From positions 29,140,001-29,204,000 of the forward strand of contig OX638150.1 in the NCBI GenBank assembly GCA_951804945.1: 64,000 nt of DNA. Direction: 5' to 3'. Under the pieces are notes generated by a model, which saw only the letters and a list, made by a program, of their open reading frames with translations, was not told where the DNA came from and made no database searches. This stretch comes from Podarcis cretensis (lineage: Eukaryota). This document shows, in pieces, positions 34,858-49,104 of the stretch (position 1 is its first letter; each line of letters opens with the position of its first letter). A program made the translations under genes and the position numbers.

Positions 34858-37800
34858 TGATCTAATATCTCACCTCTTGTTCATTCCCCACCCCCATACT
34901 TAAGCATTAATTTATATACACGCACAATGCCCCCACCATTCATCTTACCGGATGAACAGAGGTGGGGGTGGCTTTAAGATCCTCCTTCTTCTCATCTTCT
35001 TCCAACCTACTCCCCACACACCAATTTTAGCCAGCTGGGAATCAGTGAAGCTGCATTCCTAAGCACAGTTATAAACTTCGGTGGAAGATTTTAAGTGAGT
35101 AATGTTTAAGAGTCCTGCTGATGGTTTCTAGATTCTTCACATCCTGAGCACCAGCCAGGACACCAAGAAGTGTATAGTTTTGTCTCTCCTTGCCCTCCCT
35201 CCCCTGGAAGCCAGAATATTGTTATGTGCATGGCATTCCTTGCTGGGAACTGTTGCTTCCTTGGTCTGCCAGGCATGGAAAGTTAGCCATGATCTGTTCA
35301 CAGCCTCCTTGTATGCTGAGGTCAAATACACATATTTAATTCCTCTCCTACTGCAGACCAGCATATACACGATACCTGCAATTATCTCCTTGCTGTATAG
35401 TCCCTAAACACAAATGGATAGCCCTGGACTTTGGAAGTAGCAGTGCTCTTGTCCGGCTTTTCTTCACTAAAGTTTGCATTATGCCTGGGTAGGTGACAGA
35501 GATAGTATTGCTGTTGACTCAATTCCCTCTCCTTGTGGCAACCAGAAAACTGTTGCTCAAGCTTGTTCTCCTGGTCGGGGCTGCCAGACTTCAGGGCATT
35601 CACCGTCAGGTGTTTGTGGTTTGATCTTGCTCGAACAGCTGAATCTGTGATGCCACCCACACTTCTGGCCAGTGTGGCCAACTGGGAAGAGAACTCCAAA
35701 GGAAATCATGGACTGGAGGAGGAGCCAGCAAATAAGCAGTTCTAGCATTGATGCCAGGATATACCAGAGTAGGGGCAGCAGGTCTGACCCAGGAAGAACT
35801 GCAAAGATCACAGCACATTTTCTTTCCTGCCCAGTTTCATTTGGCTGCTGCAACTCATTCCTCCAGTGAGTTGTGCTCCATGCACACCAGCACATGCCTA
35901 TTCCCAGGAGCCAGAGAGGACAGAGTGCAAGAGGGATTTCTGCAACTTCTGTTTTCTGCATTTTGCTTTGCTACATACGCCACACACAAGTGCCACCTAC
36001 AGACAAGAGCTACCCCTTCTTATTGAGCAGAATGAGGTACTGCTTCCAGTGGCTAAAAGGGGAAACCCAAAATGGGAACCTCAAGGCTGGGGGAAAAGGG
36101 CCCCCCTCCCACCCTGCAAAAAAGGAAGAGTGGTTTGTTAGCGGTTAACCTCTCCAACCAGAGCAGCTTCAAGAATCCAAGTCCGGGCAAAGCCTTCTGA
36201 ACGAATGATTTCCAAGGCTGTAAAATGGCTCTGTCCCATGGCTTTGGGCAGATATTTATGCAAGATGTCCAGCTGTCTCCATATCAGAATGACAGTGTTC
36301 CCAGTAAGTAGCATCCACTTTGGATATGGTCCATCCTGGCACAAGTGCAGCTGTGAGCAGCTGGTAGGATTGCCATAGGGGCTCAGTGGAACTCTCTCTC
36401 TTCCCCCTCGTTGCTGCATCAGAGCACACTAGCCATTAACTAGAACAGGAGGAATCCAGGGCACTTCACAATCCAGGAATTTGCACTAGAATTTGCTTGA
36501 CAATGCAACAGAATTCCAGGTTGGACCCTGTGTTAGAGAAGGAAGGTTTGATGCAGAAACAGAAGCGGCTCTTACCTCTGCAGTTCACGTGCATCTTGGA
36601 GGGGAACAGGAGGAGAGCTCTGTTAGGCTCCGTGGCAACCTCTCTGCGTGTGCACAGCTGTGCACAGGGATCATGCCCTTCCCAGTTGCTCTTCATTTGG
36701 GAATGGAAGGAAGACCACTGAGAACCATGTATAAGCTGTTCTGCTGGGTAGAGACACGAAGCCACTCGGGTGAAAGGGGGCGGGGTGTACTTCTTGCCAC
36801 ACACTACGGCCAGGATTCCACTCTCTACCCAATAGTTACTTGGGCAAAAAAAGAGAGAAGCAGGGAATGTCATGAACACTAGTAATGTGCCCACAACTAC
36901 TGATGGCCCAAGGGTTTTGGCCTCTGTGGTTCCAGTCAACTCATTGTGGGTATAATTTGAGGTGGACCACGCACAAATTGCTCCACGCACAAATTATCAC
37001 CAATTAATCACAAATTACCAGCAGAGCTGGAAGCAACTAACTACCACCTTGCAAGATGTGTGGGAAGAACAGAAGAACTGTCATTGGTTACCCCTTCATC
37101 TTAATTTCTTTCTGGCTCAGGAATTCTCCGGAGCTGGAGCCAACTGCAAGTGGGCAAAGTGGAGAAAGCCTGCTTTCTTACAGTGCCAGCTGCTTTGGGT
37201 TGCGAAGCATACATTTCTAGCACCTGTGCCAACATATATTGGTGGCTAGAAGCCAGGCTGTGCTGTAGCCCACTGTGCTATTTGCACCATTATAAAGTCA
37301 GGTTTGCTACAAAGCCAGCACAGTTGGGTTTCTGCATTTGGATTAGTGATGCTTCCGCACTATTGCATTTATTCTGGAATGGCCATTCTTCGTCCACTCA
37401 CTTTTTACAGGGCAATCACAGGACATTGCAATCAAATCATTCCCCTCCCCTCTTCTGCACTATGTTTCTATGACTTTGCTTTGGGAGAATCTGATGTAAG
37501 AAGAAATGGAACAGCAGCACAGGGTTAAGCCACCTTGGTGCTGCCCTTATGTTCCTCGCTCCCTCCTCCTCAGAGATCTTTTGACAGGTGCAGTGGGGCT
37601 CCCAGCAACTGAACCCTATTGCTGTACCTCTTCAACTGGGGCACTCTTTCATTATTACCTTTTCAGCCGGTGCCATTTGAGCAACGTACATTTAAAAACA
37701 ACAACAACAAAGCGTTCGAAGGTCTTTTCACATTAAAATAAAATATTTGAGCAACAGCGCTTCAGTGAAAAGAGCATTTTAGCCCAAATTTAAATGTTGG

Positions 37801-40575
37801 TGATAAAATTAAATACCGTTGAAGGGGTTCATTAGCTTCACTGTTAGCCGCCCACCCACATGGCTATGTTAAGCTCATTGTTGTGAACAGAACATGGCAG
37901 GATGTACATGCACACATAGAACACAGCACCAGCTGAATTGGGGGAAAGCCTGTTGCAGTTGTGCATGTAGCAAAAGGGTAATGACTGGGTAGCACTAATA
38001 GCCCGCAGTCTGAAAGCACCCTTAGCTGTGCGGTCCTATCTATGCATGTCTACTCAGGGTAAGTCCCACTGAGTTCAGTAGGACTTACTCCCAGGTAAGT
38101 ATGTAAAGGATTGCTGCTTAAGAGTACATTATTTATCATGTGGCCTCTCATAGCATCAGGAATAACCAACATTTGTTTTTATTTAAACAGCTATCCTTCC
38201 ATCCCTTGTGGCTTTTGAAGCCCCATCCATTCATACCACATGCATGGAAAGCAAGTAGGTTGTTGCCAAATGCAGGATTCTCCTTGGCACCATGGGAATG
38301 TGACTTAAGTCTACTAACTATCCATCTGCGCTGGTGTGTCTTTTCAAATTGCCCTCGCCATACCCTGGGGAGTACAACCAGGGCTTTGTGTGTACTGCCA
38401 TTCAGTGGAAAATGTGTTTCTTTTTTTTTGTTCTTAATACAATACTTGCTGCAGAATGTGGTTTCGTAAGAACCTCTTCTTTCACTTGGAAAGAACAGCA
38501 AGTTTCTAGCCATTATGATTGCAAGGATAAGCTTGAACAAACCTCAGAAGCTGGAGAGGCTACTGGTTCCCTGGTGAGGTTTAGTTGTTGTTGCTGCTGC
38601 TGCCACAAGGCTTCAATAACCCCTTTCCTTGCCATGAAAGGGCAGGGAAGCAGAATACAGGGAGCATCAGGGAGATCTTGCAAATTCGCTTGATGTATGT
38701 AATATATAGTCTATGTAGCTTGTCATACACAGCCCTATTTCTATCAGTTTAGGGTGGAAGGTGAATGGTCCAGCTTACCATGAGGCTTGAGTTTCATTTT
38801 GGGCTTTATTATGCTTCCCAACCTTATTGTTTCCTGGCCTCGGTTTTCCCCATCTGTAAGTGTTATGGGAGGCCGGTCCCAGCAGAGCTAATAGTTGGCA
38901 AACCAGGCTTACTATGTAAGCTGTAGAGGCAGCTAAGGGTGACTCCAAAGTGCTCCAAACAACATTTGCTCCCAAGAACATCCACGGCCAATAGTGAGAC
39001 AACACACACTTATTACCATATTCCTACAAGGGCACCTTGCATTTTATTTATTTAAATTCCATTTAAATTGTTAAAAACACCTCTAAGCTGTTTACATAAA
39101 ATACAAAATGTTATGTTAAAAGTTATGATCGGTAAAAGTCAGGAATGAGAAGTAAGGATTACCAGAAGTGGAGGGGAAATTTACCATTTCCAGTGTTCGA
39201 GGTTTCTATGCTTATGCCACTCTATAGGATCAGCAGCAGAATAAATTATGCAAAGTAAACAAATTGTGCAAATAAAGCAAATTTGCATGATTTATATAGG
39301 ATGCAGAATTTACCTTTTTTATTTTAAAGTGTGTCGCGCATTGACTGCCTTAGTGAGCAAGGAGGGCGTAGCAAGAGACCTTCATCCAAGATGGTTGTAA
39401 AGCAGATTGAGCCTGCTCACGCTTTATACCAGTTTTCGTTGTCCAGCCTCCCCTTCCTCTGTAAGAAGCAGATGTGGCTCAGAACAGATTTTTTTTTTAC
39501 TATGAGAGAGCAATGCTTAAGTGCCTACAGAACAAGCAGATGAGGCCATGAAACCTCTCTCCTTATGAGGAAGTTGCCTACCACCAATGCTGGCTTTGGG
39601 TGGTGGAAATACTGCAAAACAACATTTGCTCCAGAGCTGTGCAGCTTTTCATTTTCTAAACCCCTGAGACAGGTTAATCTAGATGCAATATCCAGAGCAA
39701 AAGTCAGTGGTAGGCATAAGATGACAAAACGACAAACCAATCCCTTTATCCACATGGGTGCAATATGCCTCTTATGTAATGGGAAGAGTGGATTTCATTC
39801 CAACAGGGCTGAGTGCTGTTATTCTCCAACTGGGAGACATTTGGATTGGAGGAACAGCAGCCACATGCAGAAATGGTACTCCTCCCAGCATTGAGGTATA
39901 AAACTCCAGGCGATTCCACAAGGGAAGGTAGGCTTTATAGGCTGCTGAACACTACTGGCACCTCCAAGCAAGCACACTAGGCAGTGCTATTTGCATGGGC
40001 CCCATTTTCACCTGATATACTCTGTATAATTACCCCACATTTCTTTCCGTCGTAGGCATCTGTCGGGCATGGCACGGGTGCAACTGGGCATACACAGCTT
40101 GCGGTGGTGGTATCAACATGGGCTGTTTTTGAGTGGGGTTTCTATCCGTTACACTTGGGTTCCTTCCACATTCAGTGAAATGGGAGAGTGGAAGATTCAC
40201 AGGCACAATGAGTTCCGTGGAGCGCAGCTTTGAGGGTGGGAGTGTTGCTAAGTGGCTACAGCGCAGTTCGGCCTCCAAGCCGCGTTCCTTTTGGCACTGC
40301 ATTTGAACAAGAAACGCTTAAGGGTGTGTGTGGTCTATAGCATCAAAATGCATTCAGCACCTGAGAGGCTGCATGAAGACAGAGCTAGAGAGCTATGTTT
40401 TGGATTGTGCTGGTTTTTGGTTTTTTAAAAAAAGAAAAGAGAGAGAGAGAGGCTATTTACAGTGTATATTTTATTGATACGGGTCATAATTGCTGTATTT
40501 TTTATCAGTGCTGATTTCCATACAGCTCCCAGCATGTGTGTCAAATACCATTGGTCCAATAATAATAACACTAAA

Positions 40576-40581
40576 AATAAA
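40576..40581 (+). terminator. Candidate distal AATK poly(A) signal (AATAAA)
   Basis: AATAAA at the end of an AU-rich, UTR-like block (40450-40600). Other AATAAA at 37737 and 39271. Confidence 0.45.
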
Positions 40582-40651
40582 ACATTTTTAAAATAAGCCA
40601 TCCTCTGCCTGCTCTCATCGTAACATCTACTATGCGTTGAAGCCAGCATAA

Positions 40652-40657
40652 TTTATT
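40652..40657 (-). terminator. Candidate distal BAIAP2 poly(A) signal (AATAAA on minus strand)
   Basis: TTTATT on + strand about 70 nt from the + strand signal. Confidence 0.35.
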
Positions 40658-41121
40658 GGGGTTTCATAGGTTAAGCCAGAGGCTGTGATAGAGGGAGGGC
40701 AGATGAGCTTACTTTGCGACAGGCACTGCTCCTTTCTCAGGAAGCAAACTCAGAGGTGCAGGAAAATCTGTACCTGCTGGATTTCTGACTCATGCTAAAG
40801 GCACAAAAATCCGGTGTTGTGCCAATACTCATGAGAGCATCTGTTAGTCACTTTGTGTTCTAGACTTCTATACTACTCTTGTGGATGGTGGCAAGCAAAT
40901 TTAAAAACACCACTTTACAGCTGTAGTCAATCCCTACCTTAACCCAGCAAGGGGGCTGTGTGAGTGTGAGTGAGCTCAGCAGCACATGGAGCCTTTTCAA
41001 ATACTTCCTAGTGCCCTACCTGAACCTTATTTAGTAGCACAGGAGGATGGCTGGGAAGGAAGCAGAAAGGTTGAGGTTTTGCTATTGTGGGCTTGTTTGT
41101 TTTTTAAAGCAGCATCTAGAG

Positions 41122-41259
41122 CAGGCTTTATCAAGCTGTGGGTCCCCAGATATTGTTGAACTACAACTCCCATCACCCCTAGCTAGCAAGGCCAGAGCTC
41201 AGGGATGATGGGAGTTCTAGTCCAACAACATATGGGGACCCACAGGTTGAGAACCAATG
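41122..41259. mobile_element. Palindromic hAT-like MITE (30295 family, opposite orientation)
   Basis: Perfect TSD ATCTAGAG (41114-41121, 41260-41267). Loop GCAAGGCCAGAGCTCAGGGATG is the reverse complement of the loop in the 30295 copy. Confidence 0.88.
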
Positions 41260-43187
41260 ATCTAGAGCAAACTGGTGAAGTTTGCAGACCAAAGGCCACA
41301 TGTGACACAACAAATATCCACAGCTTGCTTCCTAGGCAATGTTTTACCCCCATTGCTTCTGCATCTTACAGAGCGACTTGAGTGGAGATAGTGGTGCCCT
41401 AATTAGTACAGGGGACCTAGCGAGGAGCAGGCTAAACCACCAGATTCCCATCAGTTTTGTACCTAGGCCTGGCCTGTTGTTAATCTGATGTTGAGTACAA
41501 CCTCTTGAAGCACTACTTTCATCTCATTCCCCAGTGGGGTTTTTTTTCGGGGGGGGGGAGAGGTTTGTATCCTTGTTATCTAGCTTATAGTATGAATTCT
41601 TCCAATACAAACAAGTCCACCTCTTCCTTAATTTTAATTCATGAAATAAAGGGTCAAGGATAACGGGCACAGTGTTGAGGGGAGAGGTGTTTGAAGGAAC
41701 GCCTCAGTCTCCTGCAGTTTAAATAAGTGTTTAAATTACAGAAATTCTAAATGCTTCACAAATGCAATTGGGTTAGTCTGTAGCAGCAAGCAAGGAAGGA
41801 AAGCAGTGCTGGGCCTCCTTTGAAGACCCACATAGCACATTTTACCTGGAGCATTAAATGGCTGCCACACTGCATTTCTGAAAGAGAGAGAACTCCTGAG
41901 CACTAATCCTTAGGGCACGTGTGGCTACATCAGCAGTGACAGGCATGCACAAGCCTTCAAGCTGGAGCAACAGAGAAGGGATAAAGACACCTTGCCTGCG
42001 GTAAGTATTCATGAAGTTCTCCTACGTAATCTTGTAGATAGGTGCTTCCACTACCCTTTTCAGCGTTCCGCATGGAGCTGAAGTGTTTGGTAGCTTGTAC
42101 CTTCTATTCGTTTTTGCTACGAGCCAGCTGCTGACTGCTGTATTTCCTTCTGTTCTGGGTGGTGATAGTGGTTGCTGATGTAGACAGATAAATTTGATAC
42201 CACAAGCAGCTGCTCAGTGTCCCTCTTCCAGCACGAAATGTTAGCAAGTCACGGGGCACTTCTGGATCGAAACAGGCCGATTGTACGGTTGTTCCCTATT
42301 CTCAAAAACACGTTAAACGTGCCCATCTCATACACTGAGTTGCTGCATTTTAACTGGAGATCTACAGCCCTCCCTTTTGTCATGTAACAACACTAGTACT
42401 TTGTCCCTTAGGCACATAATGGTGTTCAAAGCCTTGAATTCACATGGTGTGCCTTTGCACAGAGGGTCAGATAATATTATTAACCTAGGAAACCTAGAGG
42501 AGATTTAAGTCCAGGTGTCTCTATGCTGCCTGCATCTTGGTCACTTCTGCCAGAACTAGAGTGTAACATTACACAGCAAACTGGGCTACACTCCTGCAAC
42601 CATTGCTACATTGGGATGGGATACTTTCTACCCTTGTTGCTGGCTTGAGACAAGTGTGAATAAAGAGCTAGAAATAAATAATAATAATAATAATAATAAT
42701 AAATCTGGAAAGAGTCTCTTCATCTAAGTAGAATTTGACCTTTCTGCATAGTATGGCTCTGTGCCATTTCTCAAAATATTAAGCTCTGGCTGAGAAACCT
42801 CATCACACTCCTGTGGACAAAGCCCTGAGGTAATTATTAGAGAGAAAGAAATATATTTCAGAGGGAGGAAGGTAATAGAAGCAGGCAGGATACACTCAGG
42901 CACGCTGGCTGCAACACAGGACCTGCATGTTTACTCATAAGCAAGGAACGGCCTAGAATTGCAGCTGTCGGCCAAGGTCGGCATTTGCCAGATTATCTGT
43001 CCCAAACAGGAACAAACAATAATTGGTCTGTACTTAAAATACATTATCTCTGTACAAAAATAAAGGTGTAGAGACATGTATGGAAGCACATCATGAGCAT
43101 CAGTAAAAATGCAAGCAATGATGTCTTTCCATGTAGAATACTAGCGAGATCTCAGCCCCTCTAAATAGGCTGGCACTGCGGATGCAT

Positions 43188-43235
43188 TTATTTATTTTAT
43201 TTTATTTTATTTTATTTTATTTATTTATTTATTTT
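43188..43235. repeat. (TTTTA)n microsatellite; (AAT)n/(TTA)n tracts also near 42677 and 43384
   Basis: Seen directly. Confidence 0.9.
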
Positions 43236-44945
43236 AGACTCTAATACAAAGTGAGGGCACAGAGTCTAATCATCAAACCTTCTCAATTTGCATGCGTGTT
43301 TTATCTGAGAACCAAACAACACAAGGCAGCTCTGTGGTTCTTCAACTTGAATCCACATGTGGCTGCTCTCTTTCCCCTAATGCTTATTAATTATTATTAT
43401 TATTATTACTATTACTATTATTATTATTAGAGAGTACTGGCAGCAGTTAAGGAGAGGGCCCGTTTAACCGTTCTTTGGTAAATGTTTGCCTACTCAAACA
43501 CACCAAGCTGCTTTTCCATGCATGGAGGAAAGAGATAGAAGGCCCCTGGCTCATCTTCTCACCCCACTTCCAAGAGAAACTCCTGATAATCCTGCCTTCC
43601 TTAGCAATCACATCACATCATGTATTTGCTTAGCTTGCCCCCAAATTACTTCTGACTGGGATTTTGGAGGAGGCGCCAAGGTGCCTGCAGTATCTCATGG
43701 TAGGTTTAGAGATGTGAGACAGCTGCCACTTCCCAGGATGGACGGCTGAATTACCTTTCATTAGAAGTCAGATTGCGGATGAACTCCAGCAAGAGGAAAC
43801 TTGGCCAGAAATGATGAATGTGCACCAGAAGCCAATCCTGTGACCCCAAGAGTGATCTGCAAGTTGACTGCTGCTGTTAGGGGAGACAGTAGTACAGATC
43901 CCGCCTTTCCAGTTTGGAAGCGCATGCTAACATCACCTTGCTGGGATAGCCATGCAACACTGAGTGCTGTGCATTGAAGCTTTAGGGAACTTTGGTCCCC
44001 CCAGCTCAACAGCATATGCAAAAGCTTCTTATGAATACATTCTAACATTCACATTGTAAGGCAGGAGCAGCTAGCCTGTGGTTCTCCAGGTATTTCTGGG
44101 CTAAAAGTCCCATAATCTCTGACCATGATGGCTGGAGCTGAAGGGAGTACAACAAACCTAGAGGGCCACAGCTTAGCCACCCCTGTTGTTAAGGCAAAGG
44201 CAAGGGCATCTTAGAAAGAAAAGCAGGCTATAAAGAGCAACAAAAGAGGAACTCTGCAAGGTCCTGGTTCACTGCCCAAGAGTAATACTAATGGCATTGA
44301 CCTGCAGTACCAAACTGGGGCCAGGCTGCCTAAGCTGGCTTCTTCCTGTGGCATGGACACTGAAATACTGCACCAGGCAGTATGTGTAGAGAAGAATTCC
44401 ACTGGAAGAGGAGTTCAGGGCAGAAAGAGGGGTGGGCAGCAGAGAGAGAGATAAGCTAGCTTTGTTAACTGTTAGGGTTCTCCCCCAGCCTAGCTAATTA
44501 GCAAGGAGTTCGAGTGAGAAGAGGGCTGGTGCTCACTGAAAAGCAACTCAAAAGGGCGTTTCCCTACTTGGTGCACCATAGCCATGTGCACACAACATGA
44601 AAAATGTGTACATAACAATTTGACTATGATCAGGCACAGGATGACTGCCTTGTGAAGTTCGACCTGCCTTTTACTTCATTCCATACTTGCAGTGATCTGG
44701 ACTGGTCATGAAAATTAAAAGGGTAACTAGAGGACTAACTTTTGGAGGTAACTAGAGGTAACTTTTGGAGTCTGGCTGTGCTAAGTTTAAGGAGAGTGGG
44801 CTACCCAGTGAAAACGCAGCACAAGTCAAAATGAGCCAGTGAGTCTTCCATCTATATAATGCGCTGCTCTGGCTGTAGAGCTGTGCAGTACAGACTTGCA
44901 GCTGCTAGCAGCCGCTGTCTGGTGACACCGGGCAGTGCTAAAGTT

Positions 44946-44984
44946 TTTATTGACAACCACTGAAGTCCAGAGGCTCAATTTATT
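44946..44984 (-). terminator. Candidate proximal poly(A) signals of the BAIAP2 M-type terminal exon
   Basis: Two TTTATT (minus-strand AATAAA) at 44946-44951 and 44979-44984, about 460-490 nt after the stop. Confidence 0.5.
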
Positions 44985-45436
44985 CAAATCCACACGTTTG
45001 ATTGTGCCGAGAGACCTCCATAAGAAATTAATTGAGAAATAAGATAATTGCAAAACGGAATGTCTCATCCTGCTCATACTAGCTTTCCTAGCTTATTATC
45101 ACCCTTAGAAGGTTTTGAACATAAGTCTAACAGAACAGACTACATGGCCTGGTTCATCGTTCTAGCTCTCCATTCACAACAGAGACATCATGTACTCTTT
45201 GAGGTACTTATCACTCCAAAGGCCAAGGTATATCTTCTGCTCTAAAGACAAAAATAAAGAAAATGAGTGCGCCAACTTCTGCTTCTCAAGCAGGAGGCTG
45301 AGATTCAGTCTAACTACAAAAATAAAGAGTTGTGGAAAGATAGACACGTGTGCTTTACAAGGACACCACAGAAATGCCACACAGGTGAAACTCAAAAAGG
45401 TGCGAGGTACCCGCCGTCGCCCAATATCCCTGGAGA

Positions 45437-45506
45437 TCAGCTGATGAGAGGAGCGGAACGATCGTTCGTCACCGTTGGTTTGAGTTGGACATTGGCAAAA
45501 GGATTC
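45437..45506 (-). CDS. BAIAP2: BAIAP2 alternative terminal exon, M/IRS-58 type (WH2-like): RNPFANVQLKPTVTNDRSAPLIS*
   Basis: Minus strand ctctctgcag|G AAT CCT TTT GCC AAT GTC...ATC AGC TGA. Phase-2 compatible with the 55988 donor. Confidence 0.93.
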
Positions 45507-46220
45507 CTGCAGAGAGAAAGCAAGGCTCAGTTTTAGTGGGAAGAACTTTAGGAACCAATTGGCCTACACCCAATGAGACAACAGGAAGAATGAGAGATGC
45601 AACAAGGACGACAAGGATGCCTGTACAGTGCACACTAGAAAACACAGTTCCTGCTGCAAAATCAAGACAGCATCAATTCAGACAAAAATCTTTTAACTAC
45701 TTGGAAGGTATCTTTGCCCTAGATGGCCAAATCTTAATGGCAAGGCATTTAAACATTGGCATTCAATATATTTAATACTACGAGTCCTTTCAAGATTCAA
45801 GCTGGAGAGTCCCAGTGATTAAAATATTAAAAGAACACCAATTCCCCCCCAAAAAAAAGAATTGCTGGACTCTTCCACAACTGTTTCTAGTGTTCCGGCA
45901 TGAGTGCCGGTCCTCTTGTAGCCGATAAGGCACTATCCAAGAGATACCATCAAGCTTGGGGGAAGCTCAAACTATTTAGGGGGGAAATTGTTTAAGGTGG
46001 AAACATCCCAATGAGGACCAAGTATGCTCACTGATCACAAAAGGCTGGCAGTTGCTGTGGAGCAAACAGAAAACCATGTGGGGAGGGGGAATGGAACAGG
46101 CCACGGCTGACAGACTGGAACCCTGAACAGGAGTCCTCCCCCCAGCACCATTTCATTGCAAGTCCCATTTGTTCTTCCACAAATCCAAGCCACCTGTAAA
46201 CAGAATGGCCTTTTTAATTA

Positions 46221-46479
46221 CCGTATTTTTTGCTCTATAAGACGCACCAGACCACAAGACGCACCTAGTTTTTGGAGGAAGAAAACAAGAAAAAAAATAT
46301 TCTGAATCTCAGAAGCCAGAACAGCAAAAGGGATCGCTGCGCAGTGAAAGCAGCAATCCCTCTTGCTGTTCTGGCTTCTGGAATAGCTGTGCAGCCTGCA
46401 TTCACTCCATAAGACGCACACACATTTCCCCTTACTTTTTAGGAAGGAAAAAGTGAGTCTTATAGAGCAAAAAATACGG
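46221..46479. mobile_element. Tc2/pogo-like MITE
   Basis: TA|CCGTATTTTTTGCTCTATAAGAC ... GTCTTATAGAGCAAAAAATACGG|TA perfect 23-bp TIRs, with an internal hairpin. Confidence 0.9.
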
Positions 46480-49104
46480 TATGCCTTTTTGCAATTAAGG
46501 GGGCATGACTATCCGTCGTTCGGTTTGGGCAAGGTTAGGCGGCCTGCTAGCATAGATCTGCCTGCAGACAGAAAGGTCTACACCCTTATGACCGGGTTTC
46601 TTTTCACCGTCCAAACTGTATTGGAGGAATTTGCTCCAGGACTGAATCACTGCTTTCTAGGTTCTCCCGAGCAACTGGACTATTTTCAGATTATGCTGCT
46701 CTTCTCCCTCCGCACCCGTGCCTCCCTCCTGCAAGCAATAAGTCACATTTTGTTGATATTTACGCCACACCCACGTTGCACAGCATTGCTTCCTCCAGAA
46801 CATCTTGCATGTATTCGGGGCAAGCTGCTGCTCTCCAAATACTCGCTAACACGTAACTATTGTGAGCCTGCCACACTCTCGGGTGCAGGCTGCTCCGCCA
46901 CAGACAAATCTAGAGCCTGACTTAAGGTCGCCGGGTGGGTGTGAAGGAGGCCTTTCCAGCCAATAGCCAACTGCATTCCTGAACTATCTTGGCACAGAGA
47001 GATCTGAGGGGGCGTTGCTTCAGCTGCTCACCAACAGGCAACAATTTGCGGAGCATGGCTCTGCAGCTTAGAAATGGTGCTTGAAATTTCTCCAAACTGG
47101 CTGGGTTTTGAGCCAGGAAGAAGAAATTTCAGATCCTGCAGCCTTCCCTCTGAAGACGGCAGTCTTTAAGACATAACATCCCATGTAAGACATTGGCAGC
47201 ACAACATTCACACACAAAAACGATCAACTCCCTTTTATCGAAGTCATGCCTTTTTGATCCAGAGTTCGTGCGGTGTCTTCTTGTCCCTCCCCATCCAGTG
47301 TGGTCTCAACATACTGGCAGGTGGAATACGCTTGAAATTAAGTGCTTATTTACACTTGCCATTTCTGTGTCGCTGCTTGGGATTGAAGGGCTGTTTCTTG
47401 CAGTTTTAGGTGATGGAGCATTGTTGGAAATCACTCCCCAGACCTGAGCGGGGAGCCATTAATACATAGCTTCCCACTTCCAAGAAAATCAATGGCACTG
47501 CCAAACTGCCCTCGGGTGATTCCTTGTAGGGGAAGTAAATAAAATTAATCCACGCTGCTACCACTGTTGCAAGGGTCTGAGAAACGAAGACGCTCGTTTT
47601 GTCTTAACACTTACCATATTTAGCCGAGAGCAGTTTTCTGGCTTAAGGAGAACCACTCTTGACCTATTTCCTTTGCCATAGAAATATGAAATACCATTTC
47701 TACACGGTTAAGGTTACAACTGCAGGGCGAAAAAGGCTGACTGAAAGCGATTATTGCTGAACAGATCAAGTTATGGCCACATGTTGAAAGGAAACAGGTG
47801 ACACAAAACTGGGCAGATGTTAAGACCACATTGCCTGCTATCTCTAAAGGAGAAATAAAGCAAAATACAGACTGGTGCTTATTGTAATAGGCAGGCAATT
47901 TCTTCAAGGTGAGGGGGAACCATTCTTTTGCCTAGTTCTGTTGGTGAATTTTGAATCGCCAGAGCCTGTATTTGTCTAATTTTTATATCTCTCTCACACC
48001 CAGCCCTCTGTTGTTGTCACAACTGTCCTAAAGAGGCAGCCCGTATTTTTGTGCCATGATTTCCCCATGGTATTACTGCACTGTAAACATACAGGTAGAT
48101 ACAACACCAACGTACATTATATTCCAGGTTCAGAATGCGTCAAGGCAAAGGGTGGAACATCTGGTCCTCCAGATGTTGTTAAACTACAACTCCCATCATG
48201 CCTGACTACTGGCCATGGTAGCAGGAGGCAACAGGAGTTCGGAGTCCAGCAACATCTGGGTTAGCCACCCCGTCCCAATATATAGGTAGGCAGAATTCTC
48301 CTTCACAAGAACCTATTGGGTTATGAACCATTTCTACCTTGAATGTGTTTACATTCCTTTGAGCTTCAAAGTTTACAATTCTCAGTGACAGTCATGTCCA
48401 TGATGCAGGCAAAAGTCAGAATGCTGCAACTTCTGTGAAGGCCACGTTTGAAGGCTAGCACTGGTCCCTAGCTTGCCATCAGACTTAAAAACACACTGTT
48501 CCCTCTTCTTCCCAATGTTAAGAGTGCTCTGAGGGATATGTCATTGTCACAATGGTAGGGTGAACTCTCCCAAGGGTTTGGGGACACAGACATTTGGCAA
48601 GTATGAACGCTCAAATTAGGGCACCCAAACCAGATCAGCTTTGAACCACCTGTTAAATGAGATGCAAGACAGAATTCAGCTTTTTGCAAAGTCTCTCACA
48701 GTAGACAGAAAGTGTGTTGCATCAAAGGAGCAAGTGGGAGAAAGGGCAGATTATGAAGACAAAGAAGGCCTTACGCACCCATGTGTGATGCACAATTCCC
48801 ACAAAAAAGAGGTGAGCATCCCCACAGCATGCACAAAACCAATATATAAAACTTGAGATACCAGCATAACAAGCTGGCTCACGTACAGCTGACTCAAGGA
48901 GAACACGCTGAGAAAAGACAGGAACCCGTCCTATTTTATGGAGAACTAATTGCCTTGTAGTTTAAAATTTAAGGCATGCTTCAAAAACTAACAAGTATTT
49001 TGCTTTTTAAAAGAGAGGACTGGGCAATTGTTTCATAAAGCGGGAATTGGCATGTATGGCAATGGCTTAATCTTATCTAGAATTACAAACCGGTAGCCAA
49101 TATT

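Noticed and set aside
36466-36990. 174-aa minus ORF and overlapping ORFs between the two genes (also 16715-17269, 46453-46920, 58200-58736)
   Set aside because: No recognisable domain, codon bias or exon structure. Consistent with chance ORFs in intron/UTR.
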